Assembly: GCA_034780895.1 (NCBI GenBank) | Contig: JAUZTB010000065.1 | Coordinates: 25,590,085-25,654,084 of the forward strand | From: Rhynchobatus australiae | Taxonomy: Eukaryota | Length of the DNA stretch: 64,000 nt | Direction: 5' to 3' | Part shown: positions 1 to 12,786 of the stretch, piece by piece | How the letters are laid out: the number at the start of each line of letters is the position of its first letter | Position numbering within the stretch: position 1 is the first letter of the stretch | Program-made: the position numbers and the translations under genes | The notes under the pieces: generated by a model | What the model saw: the letters and a program-made list of their open reading frames with translations, nothing else | Told to the model about the DNA's origin: nothing | The model's database searches: none

Positions 1-183
1 TTGATATGTAAGTGACCAGGTTACCATCCCCAGTTGGCCCTTGTAGTGAATGGGTTGTAAAGCCATTTCAGAGACCACCTAAAAATCAATTACTTTGGAG
101 GTCTGGATTCAAACATTTATCAAACCATGTCAGAATGGTTCCGTTCTCTTACCCATCCGCATATGTTGTTTTACGATCTGTCC

Positions 184-961
184 AGAACTTTTTCTGCTTC
201 TTTTACCATTGCGCCTCCAATTGTAAGCTAGCAAGTATAACTAGTTCAAGTTGGTTCGTGCATTTCCTAGAGTGGTAGTAAATGTGCTGAAGCAGAAGAC
301 ATTATTACTTTGATTTTGGACAAAAAGCTCCTCAGCATTGTGTACCTTCACTTCACGGACTGTGGTGGTTCAGAGTGGAGGTTCACCACTACCTTCACTA
401 GCATGATTGCTCATTAAGTTTAAAGATAGATGAGGCATCACTTCTCTTGGTATCTCTGCAGTTGTGTGATATCTCGGTCTTGAACTGTAAACAATCCAGT
501 AGAAGATATTGCAGTCATCCAAACATTCTATACCAGATTTTNNNNNNNNNNNNNNNNNNNNNNNNNNNNNNNNNNNNNNNNNNNNNNNNNNNNNNNNNNN
601 NNNNNNNNNNNNNNNNNNNNNNNNNNNNNNNNNNNNNNNNNNNNNNNNNNNNNNNNNNNNNNNNNNNNNNNNNNNNNNNNNNNNNNNNNNNNNATAATAT
701 ACCAATATCAATACCAAATGCTGTTTTGGGAGCCACTTGAGTGCAAAGGTTTAGTGTGGCCCCCAGGGGTTTTGTGGGCAGTGAATGAAAAGTAAGGTGA
801 TCTAGCACTGTCTTTCCACTGGCAACAACACTATTAAACACAGGAAACGCAAGTCTCTGGTTACCTGCAAAATTCCCTGTCGTGATATTTAACAAGATTA
901 ATCTAAACAGGTCATCTGTCATAACCACATAAACCTGTATTAATTTGTCCTCACAAATCAC
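184..961 (-). pseudogene. Degraded endogenous viral element: polyomavirus large T / adomavirus LT-like SF3 helicase domain
   Basis: Open frame 694-961 reads DDLFRLILLNITTGNFAGNQRLAFPVFN-SVVASGKT-VLDHLTFHSLPTKPLGATLNLCTQVAPKTAFGIDIGIL, with Walker A at 809-832 (S is AGT, one transition from GGT). After the N gap come GIECLDD (514-534), MP/SIFKLNE (410-438) and FLSKIKVIMSSASAHLLPL* (267-326). These are collinear with SV40 LT KGPIDSGKT, GKALNVNLP..FELGV, GINNLDN, FPPGIVTMNE and FLLEKRIIQSGIALLLMLIW. At least 3 frameshifts are needed and Walker B falls in the gap. Confidence 0.62.
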
Positions 962-1039
962 TCAAATGCTTCCAACAAGTATTTACTTTATTTTTTCTGT
1001 AATCTTTAAAATGTTTTATACTAAAATCAAATTTTATTA

Positions 1040-1405
1040 TATTTTACAATTTTGCAGAGGCTTAATTTACCTTTAAGTAGATTTACTGCATACAGTGAAA
1101 TCACAGACCAACTGTACAATTTAAAGAAAAGTAGTTAAGTATGTAGAAAATTGTTCTCCTTCCTTGTATTTGCTTTGTGGGGCCTGAAGTATGATCCATT
1201 TTCCTTGATGCAGAGTGCTGTTTTTATATTTGCATTAGTCTCGTGGGAAGTGAATGTGGCGATAATGCTTGATAGCTCTTCACACTATCAGAAATGACAC
1301 TTTGTAGCATACATGTCCATGTAAGTAGGAAAATCGTGGATTTTATTCCTGTTTGACTGATCAATTTATTTAGTGTTTGTGTGGCTATTATGTAAATGAT
1401 GCCAC
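1040..1405 (-). pseudogene. Possible upstream remnant of the same LT-like gene (origin-binding domain and post-zinc-finger region)
   Basis: GIIYII/PHKH* (1370-1403) and, in frame with PHKH, CYKVSFLIV*RAIKHY (1262-1309) resemble LT ILFFLTPHRHRV and CTFSFLICKGVNKEY. LLKGKLSLCK (about 1050-1080) resembles SKNQKTICQ. There are many stops and the spacing is imperfect. Confidence 0.3.
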
Positions 1406-1479
1406 AAGGAAACAATCAAATAAATTCAGAATTTTAATCACTGGTTCACTATACTGGCTGACAAGAAATGCATTCAAAA

Positions 1480-1820
1480 AAACTTGCAATTATTTAGCAC
1501 CTTTCATGACCCTAGGATGACGTAATGCATCTTACAGGTAATACAGTCCTTTTCAATAGTTGTCTCTTTTTATAATTTAGGAAGCATAGTACCTAACCCA
1601 CAGCAGGCTCTTGCAAATTCTTTAGGAATATTAATTTGGGATAATTATTGGGCAAGACACTAGGGATTACTCCTCTGCTCTTCTTCAACATATTTCACAG
1701 GTTTTTAAGTGCCCATCAGAGCATGAGGAGGCACAAGGTTGTGGTGGAGTTTGCGGGTGGTGGGGGGAGGTGGATAGGGTAGTACTGGGTGGGGAAAGCA
1801 GAGGTTCCCCCGTTTAATCA
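1480..1820 (-). mobile_element. Old Deu-domain SINE (SacSINE1/AmnSINE-like) with L2-type tail
   Basis: aacttgcaattatttagcacctttcatgac...gggataattattgggcaagacactagggattactcctctgctcttcttc matches the reverse complement of the Deu-SINE body and tail as I recall it. Confidence 0.65.
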
Positions 1821-4800
1821 AAAATGTGAAATATGAAGTTATCGTCACAAGCAAACACTTTCAAGCTGTAACATTAAAAACAAGTGTACACAACAACCCT
1901 TCAAAAGACAATAAATTTAAGGTCCTGTACCTAAAGCTGTGGAGAGATTAACCCTAAATATTCCTGCCCTTATTTTTGTCTTTATGAGAAAACTATATTT
2001 CAAAATCAATACATTACAGTGAGTGTTCAGCCACAAGATAAGCTGCAACATTTGCAACATAAGCTACAGGAGGGGCAATTGATGATTGCTATAGAATTCT
2101 TACACTTGAGCTTTCTTTGTAAGAATGTTATATACTATTTCATTATTTCAGCAGGGAAAGTCTGCTGTCATTTACTGTAAATATTAAGTGAGCTGTGTGA
2201 CTATCTCACTGTAGAACAAGTACTGTTGTTTTACATCTCCCAGCCTTTTTCAATTTGCTGCCTTAAGAAATCTGGTAAATTAAATATTTTATCCATTCTT
2301 CAGTTTATACAGAAAGCATGATAATACTTTCCTTTAGAAAGGATCAAGCCTTCCTTGTCACTCCTAGTATCTCCACCTCCTCCAGCTGTAATCTCAACAG
2401 TGATCCCAGTGGATGTCTCTCATCTTGCCCATGGAAAGTGTGTCAGCCTAGTGTAATTGCTCAGTTGTTTCTGACAATATTTATTAATTCACCATCCCCA
2501 AATCTAATGTTTTAAACCTGCATTTATAATGTACAGCCAGTGAGACTTCCATTTATAATAAGGCTGCAGATGGCACTGTTGTTAAATAATTAGCATTGTT
2601 TTACCCAGCTGGATTGTCTTTCCAATGGCTTAATTTATTAGATTAAAATATATAATTTCTAACTGTAATATGATCCAAGAGTAGAATAGCAAGACTGAGC
2701 CTGCGTATCGTATATATTTTTGGTTCAAAGAGCCTCATGCATTTTCACTCATTAGAGTTGATTGTAATCTCGGGTGTGATGCAGTTTACATTGACAAACA
2801 ACACTGCATTCAAAGTGATCATAACCTAAGGAAGGAGAAATTCACCATTTTTGTTTCCCAGACTAATTGTATGAGTGGGACACTCCTGGTGTGAGACCAT
2901 TCCTAATAGAGCCTTGTATTTGGATCTAGGAGCAAAAGTAGAGATGTGCTGCAGATTTAAAAGAGCCTAAAGTGATGCCCCTGGAAGAAACTGGCATCAA
3001 TAACTTCCCACTGAGGTAGTGGGGCTGGTGAAGGGAGGATTCTGAGCATCAGGAGACCCACCCCCCTACTTGATAAGAGTCATGGTGAAAACTCCAAAAT
3101 TATGTTTGTTCTCTGTAGTTGATTGATTTAAAAAATGTTCCAAGAATGGTCAGGAAACTTGCAATGAGTCTGGAGCAATGCCAGGTACAAGGAGGCTTTT
3201 TTACATCAATGACAACACTTTGTTCTTCCAGTTTTACATTCTGGCCAGGGGCTGATACAATTTATCATTACCTCCACTGCCTTAAGGTCCATGATGTCAC
3301 TGTGTAGTTCCCATAGCTTTAGAGATTTCTAATATGCTCTGATTGATCTTAAGGCTTTGAATTTTCAATCACCTATATCCTGGGCTGTTTCTACAAAATT
3401 CATGGAGAATACTTGCTGCATATTCTTCCATAAAATATATAGGACATTAAAGTTGTTTGCATTAAATTTCACTGTGAATCATTTCATATATTTTCATAAT
3501 TTTGCAACTTACCTGTACTTTCTGTGCTGCCTTACTCACTCCCACTGCTTGTGTTACTAACCTGGTGGAGTTCACTCATTCCTTATGTGTGGTTCCCATT
3601 TATGGTACTGGATCTCTGCAGTCAACTTGAACAGCATTGTTACCTTGGTACTACTTGTAACTGGATGGTTTAAGGCTACAGCTAGCATACCACCTGCTCA
3701 CCATTTTGTTTGTCCACCAGTTTCTGCCTCATAGCCTGCTGAAGNNNNNNNNNNNNNNNNNNNNNNNNNNNNNNNNNNNNNNNNNNNNNNNNNNNNNNNN
3801 NNNGTCAGAATAGAGCCTATATAATTAGTTAACAAGTTTTTAGAATGTGTAAGGAAACAGTAGTCATTGGGCAGCTCTTGATCTTTTTTATGTGAACTCC
3901 TTGATAGAACTAGTATTAGACCCTATGGTGACCAAAAATAGAGGGCATAGCCAGAAAATTGGGAACTTTTGCCTGCATCTTAATACGATCACATTTGGAT
4001 GTATTAATGATGATCCACCTGTTTTGCATGCAAGCTCTACATGTGCATTTCCCATCCATTACCATCCCACTTAAAAATGGAACTGGATAGGGCTGAAGCA
4101 ACCCCTGTGTCTTCTTTTACACTTACATAATTTAACCTTGCTAACCTGAATGGTGTTGGGGTGCAGTTATATAGACCTGGCTGAATTTTGATAGCTCACC
4201 AAAAAGCACACCTCATGTATGAATCTGGACTCTGCACACATGAACAAACACCATACCAGTCCACAATTTGGGATCTTCTGGGCCAATTCTCTACCATAGC
4301 ATACACACTGAATTTGAATTGAAGGTAGAATCTGGCTCATTTATCATTTATATCTGAACAAGGGGGTTTCTGCTAAAGTTAGGGCAGCTGAGCAGGAGAT
4401 GCTCTGAGGAATTTCAATCTATTTTTAGGGGCCTTTGAAAGCAAGGAGAGTGGTTTCAAGGTTAAAAATGTGCTTAAAAGGAGCTCCCAAGAGCAAGTGA
4501 GTGGAGACTGAAAGCATCCCCAGATCTGATGGTAAAGAGGGCGTCAGAAATCTTTATGGGCAAAATCAACAAAAGTATTGATATTTGTATGAAAATGGGC
4601 GAGAGGAAAGGGAGTTAACAATGGAAGATTTATTTTAATATTCAGAACAGTAGCATCACTAATGAAAGGTTCTGCATGTGGAGGCCTCTTGAATAAAACA
4701 TTTAGTGGAATTGACTGGGGGCTAAATTCAGAAATTACTGATGAGGTAAATCCCAGATGGAATTTATTGTGCATGTCAGAAGTAAATTCAGTGGTGCTGG

Positions 4801-5051
4801 CTGATCTTGAATCACCACAGGGTCATGAGCACGGATACTCTTTTAACTTTATTAATTGCTTCTGTTCCCCATCTNNNNNNNNNNCCATCTACACTAACTA
4901 ATTAGTAATAAACATTTTAATGCTCAATATTTCTGAGTAAATTGAGAAATATTTAATCTGCTTAGTTAAAGCCCTCTTCCAATGTTTTTCTTTTTATCTG
5001 TTCTACTCCCACCTTTATTTATTCCTTGAAGGAAATAAAGGACTTGTTAAC

Positions 5052-5497
5052 TTTTTTTCAATATATTCATTTTCTGGGATGCAGGGACTGCTGATGTGCC
5101 ACTGTCTATTGTCTGTCCTTAATTACCCTCGAGAATGTGGTGATGGGGCACATTCTTGAACTTCTGTGCTCCATTAACATGGTGCTTATGATACAAGTAA
5201 GTAGTTTGCTAGACCACTTCAGAGGACAGTTAAAAGTCAAGCATATTGCTGAGGATGTGGAGTCACATGTAGGCCTGACATGGTAAGGAGGGTAGATTTC
5301 TTCTTTTGAAGGACATTATCAAACCCGATGAGTTTTCACAATAATCTAATCATTTTGTGCTCACCATTTTAAAAACTAGTTCTTCCTTAAAATTCCAACT
5401 ATTTTTAAATGAATTTATATTCCTCAGCTGCAATGGTGGGATTTGAACTTGCATCTCTGAATATTTAGTCCTGCTCTCTGAGTTACTGGTTTGGTAG
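5052..5497 (-). mobile_element. tRNA-derived shark-type SINE with LINE-derived tail
   Basis: B-box-like ggtgggatttgaac (reverse of gttcaaatcccacc) near 5436-5450. The body is shared with 37395-37665 and the tail with the LINE 3' end at 52222. Confidence 0.65.
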
Positions 5498-8400
5498 TTT
5501 AGTCNNNNNNNNNNNNNNNNNNNNNNNNNNNNNNNNNNNNNNNNNNNNNNNNNNNNNNNNNNNNNNNNNNNNNNNNNNNNNNNNNNNNNNNNNNNNNNNN
5601 NNNNNNNNNNNNNNNNNNNNNNNNNNNNNNNNNNNNNNNNNNNNNNNNNNNNNNNNNNNNNNNNNNNNNNNNNNNNNNNNNNNNNNNNNNNNNNNNNNNN
5701 NNNNNNNNNNNNNNNNNNNNNNNNNNNNNNNNNNNNNNNNNNNNNNNNNNNNNNNNNNNNNNNNNNNNNNNNNNNNNNNNNNNNNNNNNNNNNNNNNNNN
5801 NNNNNNNNNNNNNNNNNNNNNNNNNNNNNNNNNNNNNNNNNNNNNNNNNNNNNNNNNNNNNNNNNNNNNNNNNNNNNNNNNNNNNNNNNNNNNNNNNNNN
5901 NNNNNNNNNNNNNNNNNNNNNNNNNNNNNNNNNNNNNNNNNNNNNNNNNNNNNNNNNNTGATTTATATAAAGAAATTACTGTGAAAATAAGGCAGAGTGC
6001 AGAGACCACTATGAGGATTAAATACTCAGATTTCTGTAATCTTTACTAATTGTGGACAATTCTGCTCAAAATGTCAAACAAAATTGTTTGACCAACAACT
6101 GACAGCAGCTCATGGACACTTGCCATTGCTGAAAATCTGACAGGAGTAGCCTTTCACCAGCTATGACCCAGGTGAATAATTTTCTTCATTTAGTTTTGCC
6201 GGAAAGTTCTGTTCAAGGCAGAGAAAGTTACTTAATCATGGAAATAATATTATTGGATCTTTCTTGGCCTTCTCCTTCATGTTCACTCTTACCTGGGCCA
6301 GATGTGGGTAACTGATCTTGTTGGGCCTCTACACCCTGGCATTGGGCAGTGAGTGAGTCTCTGGCAACACAGTGCAGAGGGCTCACCCTGGGAAGGTCCC
6401 TGACACACTGGCAGAAGGTGAATTTTGGGGAGGCACGTTCCCTTCTGTCAAAGTTGTTGTNNNNNNNNNNNNNNNNNNNNNNNNNNNCACATTGCTCAAG
6501 GACATCCGGGTAGGATCGGGTGGATGGTGGGATTGACTCTCGTGGGCCGTTCTGTAGGGATCGTACGATTGGGAATGGGAGGATGGCCTTGCAGGAGGCA
6601 GAGCCCTGAGGTTGCCGCATGTGATGTCAAGAATCTTCTTTGGTCCTTCCTGTAAATGTAGCAGAAAGTGAAAAAGAACATTAAAAAGTCTCGTACGGGT
6701 TCCTTTTGGACTGCTGCTCTTCTTTGTTGGCCCTCTGAGATAATATTGCAGCAGGAAGAATAGATCATATTATTGAGCAGTAAGTACATCTTTTGTAGGA
6801 AACAATTATAAGACATAGAAATGTGCATATTGTTAGAATGTATCAGAGTTAGAATGCACTCATCAAAGAGAGTTCTTTAATTCACCTAATGCTGTAGTTG
6901 CAGACTTGGGAAAATATGCTTGCTTTATCTTTTAGCACCAGAAACTAATGACTACATTAAAAAAAATCATGTTATAGAGAAAGAAGAGCTTTTTGGGGCT
7001 GAATTTGGTGCTGAACATAGTTTGCTGTTCTGCTTAGCAAAGGCAAATTGGGTTGTGTGAACAAACTGACAGATTGCAAATGAAAACAATTATATTTTTG
7101 CAATCTGAAGCACTTGAAGGCCAGCCTCAACAATAGTACTCTACACAGGTTTGGATATTTAATCATTGGAAGGACCTTGTTAGATCTTGCCAGAGTTGGT
7201 TTTCCCCCTCATGCCCACACTCACCAGGGGCCAGTGTGAGGAACTGATCCTGTCGGCCCTCCACATCCTGAGTTGGGCAGTGAATTGGCCTCGCCCTGGG
7301 AGGGTCCCTGATGAGCTTTGACAGAGGATGAACTTTGGAAAGGCTCCTTGTCTTCTTGCCAAGAACTTTAAAAAAAAATTTAAATCCCTCTGCTGTTCAA
7401 CGATTAAAATTGAAGTAAATGACTAAAAAAAAATTAAACTTACAAAAAGTTAAATTTAAAACATATGAATATGCAGGAGAAATTAAAAATATTAAAGGAA
7501 AGCAAAATATTAAAACAAAACCTTACTTGTCCTTTGCCACTGATCCCACAAGCCCAGAATACCATAGCAGTAAATGGAGTGTCTGATCCTGTACCAAAAC
7601 TGACCCAGACATTGCTGGGGTGTCCCAGCAAGCCTGGGTGCCCACATGGAGTCCAGCAGTGGTGAACAGTGACAGGTGTGGCATCATCTGTCACATCCAG
7701 AATGTCAGCATTTTGCAACATATTGGGGGGGGGGGGGGGGGGGGGGTGNNNNNNNNNNNNNNNNNNNNNNNNNNNNNNNNNNNNNNNNNNNNNNNNNNNN
7801 NNNNNNNNNNNNNNNNNNNNNNNNNNNNNNNNNNNNNNNNNNNNNNNNNNNNNNNNNNNNNNNNNNNNNNNNNNNNNNNNNNNNNNNNNNNNNNNNNNNN
7901 NNNNNNNNNNNNNNNNNNNNNNNNNNNNNNNNNNNNNNNNNNNNNNNNNNNNNNNNNNNNNNNNNNNNNNNNNNNNNNNNNNNNNNNNNNNNNNNNNNNN
8001 NNNNNNNNNNNNNNNNNNNNNNNNNNNNNNNNNNNNNNNNNNNNNNNNNNNNNNNNNNNNNNNNNNNNNNNNNNNNNNNNNNNNNNNNNNNNNNNNNNNN
8101 NNNNNNNNNNNNNNNNNNNNNNNNNNNNNNNNNNNNNNNNNNNNTGATAGACTTGACTACAATTTAAAATTTGGTTAGAATAGACCAGTATTGATATTTA
8201 ATTGGTGCCTTAAATCTTATTGCAAATAAAACAAAGATGGGAACAAATAAAGAAGACAATACTCAGATTCAAAAGGATTCATATCCTTCAGGTTGTTGTT
8301 AGCAGATTTTTCCAGGCAGGAAAAAAATGAGATTATGTCTAAATCAGATAATAGACAATGTGCTGGTCAATAAATACATAATCATTTTGCTTTGTTTCAT

Positions 8401-8574
8401 CAAAATCTCTAACCGGCTGGGCTTCATTTTCAGTATGATATATTACACACCAAAGGACATGGTATTGCTCCTTCATTAGCAGTGTTCACAAACCATCTGG
8501 GGCATTACAGGACCAGAATTGCAATCCTAAAACATATGTAAATGACCATGAGAATATACAGTGCAAATCAAAGC

Positions 8575-8715
8575 AAAGGATTTCAGATGCCAGAAATCTA
8601 AACAAAATCAACATTCTTGACCTGTTACAGTAACTCAATTTCTCTCGCCACCAATGATGTTAGTTCTGCTGAGTGCTTCCAGCATTCTCTGTTTTTGTTT
8701 TGGATTTCTGCGGGT
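8575..8715. repeat. Short palindromic PLE-derived repeat
   Basis: cagatgccagaaatct...ctgctgagtgcttccagcattctctgtttttgttttggatttc; same family as 57787. Confidence 0.5.
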
Positions 8716-10332
8716 TTTTTTCCTGGCTCCAAAGGTTAAGGTTTGTTTTCTTTATGGTGATATCATTATCAAAGGTTTGAGAGGATTTAACAACCCTTGT
8801 AATCATGGATCAAGTCCATTTATTCAATACTCCATTTTAAAATGTATTATGATAGAAAGAAGGGAAGTGAAATGGTTAGTGGGATTGTGGAAGAGGGAAG
8901 ACCATTGAAGTGAACTGTTCAAACTGATCTATTTGATGATCATGGGATATTGTGAGAAGATATGCAAGGGAGACCTTTGTAGGTTGAGAGATCTTTCTTC
9001 TGGATTAAATTCCTGTAATGTATAGTTTAATACATTACAGCAACACCCTATAAAGTTCATGCTAGCATAGTAAGTCAGTCTTGTATTAATGGATATATTA
9101 GTGATTTTTATAGTTGATAATATAGAATATAGTTATAACTAATCAAGAGATGAAATGGTGGTGTTCAGGCAAGGAAAGTAATCTAAAAATGATCAATGGG
9201 GAAAGATAATGTTGTTCTACATGCANNNNNNNNNNNNNNNNNNNNNNNNNNNNNNNNNNNNNNNNNNNNNNNNNNNNNNNNNNNNNNNNNNNNNNNNNNN
9301 NNNNNNNNNNNNNNNNNNNNNNNNNNNNNNNNNNNNNNNNNNNNNNNNNNNNNNNNNNNNNNNNNNNNNNNNNNNNNNNNNNNNNNNNNNNNNNNNNNNN
9401 NNNNNNNNNNNNNNNNNNNNNNNNNNNNNNNNNNNNNNNNNNNNNNNNNNNNNNNNNNNNNNNNNNNNNNNNNNNNNNNNNNNNNNNNNNNNNNNNNNNN
9501 NNNNNNNNNNNNNNNNNNNNNNNNNNNNAAAGGGACTAAAAAAAATTCACATGATTAGAACAGTTTCTGAACAAATTACAATGTTCTAAGGATGAGATGC
9601 ATAGTCTAGAGATATTTATGTGGAGTGGATGGGCAGATATATTGGGGGGTGGAGGGGTATGGGTGGCAGTGGAGGGTGTGTGCAGGGCATAGGGGAGACC
9701 TAAAAGCAAGCTCTTTCAAAGAACTATGCAGCCAGCATAATTACAAAGCACAGTATTGCAGTAGATGTAATAGAACTACTTATTAACAATATACTGGAAC
9801 TAACTGCTGTTGGATTTGGAGCAATGGAAACCAAAATGAATGGGCTCCCTGTATCCCTACTTTAATAGAAGTTACCAGTTTACTGCAATATTTTGGTCCT
9901 TTTAATTTCTAGTCAGAGTTCTTCAATTTCCCTGTCCACCACACGATTCATTCTCTCGATAATTGCAGTATGTTCACTCACCAAGTGCTACAAGTCTTTC
10001 AAGCTCACATTCCTTTGGTGGGTCATCTTTCAGATCCATTGTAATCCTGTGGCACTTTTGGGATTGGGAATATATTAAGCTAAACAGCCGAACCGAAACT
10101 TACAACCATGTTGTCAGCTGAACATACTCATTTATGCAGTGCAGTGTGTGAAGCTGCTGAAATAAGAAAAAAAGCAGTCTTTGTCATATGAACTGAAAAT
10201 GTTGGAAGTACTCAATGCTAAAACTGAGTTCTTGCCTTCCAGCAAGCACTTCATCTTCATCTGGATAGAGAGTGAGCAATTTTTCCCCTTGTGCCCAAAT
10301 GGTAACCATATGTTCTTTGATATGCTGATACT

Positions 10333-10493
10333 CACCCAGAAAGTGGTCAGTACATGCAATGAGCTGCCAGAGGAAGTGACCGAGGCAGGTACATTAACAA
10401 CATTTAAAAGGTATTTGGTCATGTACATGGATAGGAAAGGTTTAGAGGGATATGGGCCAAATGCAGGCAAATGGAACTAGTTTAGATGGGAAT
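10333..10493 (+). mobile_element. CR1 LINE 3' fragment
   Basis: TQKVVSTCNELPEEVTEAGTLTTFKRYLVMYM is the CR1 ORF2 C-terminus, followed by the 3'UTR gagggatatgggccaaatgcaggc; runs into a gap. Confidence 0.85.
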
Positions 10494-12786
10494 NNNNNNN
10501 NNNNNNNNNNNNNNNNNNNNNNNNNNNNNNNNNNNNNNNNNNNNNNNNNNNNNNNNNNNNNNNNNNNNNNNNNNNNNNNNNNNNNNNNNNNNNNNNNNNN
10601 NNNNNNNNNNNNNNNNNNNNNNNNNNNNNNNNNNNNNNNNNNNNNNNNNNNNNNNNNNNNNNNNNNNNNNNNNNNNNNNNNNNNNNNNNNNNNNNNNNNN
10701 NNNNNNNNNNNNNNNNNNNNNNNNNNNNNNNNNNNNNNNNNNNNNNNNNNNNNNNNNNNNNNNNNNNNNNNNNNNNNNNNNNNNNNNNNNNNNNNNNNNN
10801 NNNNNNNNNNNNNNNNNNNNNNNNNNNNNNNNNNNNNNNNNNNNNNNNNNNNNNNNNNNNNNNNNNNNNNNNNNNNNNNNNNNNNNNNNNNNNNNTCCAC
10901 TTGTAACACAAAAACGAACATGCTGAATGCCAATGAGATCTAATAGTCTCCATAACATTTCTGACAGTAAATAAACAGAAGAGATTGATACCTGTGTTCC
11001 ATATATCTTGATCTCAATTCTGCAGGATGTTTTTAGCAAAACAAAATGATGGGGAAGAATACTCACCAAGATATAACTTTATAAAAGTGATAGGTTTCAC
11101 CAGTTTATTACTCTAAAATATGTCTAGAAACCTGTAGGCTATTTTGCTGTTAATAAGCTCTGGTGGTGTTCTACTCCAGTAAATCACTCTGACTCTATCT
11201 TGCATACGCTATAAGCTGCTCCCCTAGTCCTCTTAATATTTCACTTCTGGCATCCTCCTCCAGAGCACTCCTGGTGTAGATATTACAGGAAGACTGATGT
11301 CCCGTCAAAATATCCATACTCAAGAGTACTGCAAAGCAATTTAAAGAAGAAACAGCATTTATTTTCTCACCCAATGAGGGAAGTGTAGCAGTAACCATTT
11401 AAAGGAAATGCTGTGATCAGAATTTTCAGAAAATGTTATTTAATATGTAAACATTGGACAGTTCTCCTGACTGTTCCAGTCTGTGTATTTAATGAGTAGC
11501 TATGCCATACAATCCCGAAGTAGATGCCCAAAATATCATGTGGGATGATTTCAGCTGAAGCATGGAAGTGGTATTCAATTGACCTCCGTATCCTTGGGAA
11601 AATTAGCAAGAGTTGCTATTTCTGATTACTATCCTGCAACTCTGATTGGAAGGCCTATTATGCTGGCAGCTTCCTGGATAGGACATATGATGTGCCTGAT
11701 GGCAATGTTGATAGATAACCCCACCGCTGAACATCAGTTGGGAGCACTGGCTGTTGCCTTTTTAAAAGTACTTCAGTGAGAAGCCAATTCTTTCAGGAGA
11801 AAGGAAAGGTGATAAGAAACAGGTTATAAAAATAAAAACCTGAAAGTAATTCTGAAATTAAAGGATGTTCAATTTTACTGAGATCATTTAATAATATAAT
11901 AAAACATACTCAATGAGGCATTAAATTATTTGAAATGCATTTATTTTACAATTGTTCAGCTCAAAATTTTGCATGTAGCTGTGAATCTCAGGATCTGATT
12001 ATTACTTGATCTTGGGATGTTGGCAATATTGGAAAATGTTAGATTTGTGACCTACCCCTCCTTGCCCTAAGATGTGATAGGCTTCATCTTGATACACTAC
12101 AATCCTTAGTGCTTCCACAAAAACGTTGTGCAAGCTTGCTTTGAGGAAGTAAGAAGTGAACACCTATAATTTCCGATCAGTTTGTCTCTACTGTGCACTT
12201 CTTGTAATCATGTTGATATGATAGGCTTAATTAAACAGTCCCTGGCAATTCTGGAGCACCCCAAAGGCACAGCAACATTTTATCATCAACCATTTCGATC
12301 ATAGGTCCTTTGCTTGGACCTGATACCCAAGTCCAATTGGGTACAAGTGACACGGTGTTACACTTTCTCAGAATGGAGACTATGTCCTGTGCAGACCTTT
12401 GGGTGCAGGGATTGGGGACAGGATCAGCAACCACAAGCTGAGTTGGGCCTGTCTCATCACTGGGGTTGAGGTGGGCATCAGATCTAGGCAACAAAGAAAC
12501 TGGGGGTGGAATGAATAGAAAGCCTGGCAGTTGGGCTATCAGGGAGATCAAGATTACCTCAGGAGGATCAGAGATTGTCATTCTGGAGGAACTATCAAGA
12601 AACTGCACTGCAGAGTGCTGAATCCAGCACTGGGATTACACTGGGGGAAATTAGGGACCAGCATTGCAGAGGAAACATCAGGGCCAGTGTTAGAGAAGAA
12701 GGAATCAATAATCACCATTACAGAGGAAAGACAGGCAGGCATTACAGAAGTGGATCAAGAGAGTCATAGATAAAGAGATATAACGT

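Noticed and set aside
7725-7748. Poly-G run as a possible G-quadruplex
   Set aside because: It abuts a gap, so its length is unreliable; typical contig-end feature.
12231-12773. Overlapping 125-aa and 80-aa ORFs
   Set aside because: Purine-rich degraded repeat-like sequence with no motif support.
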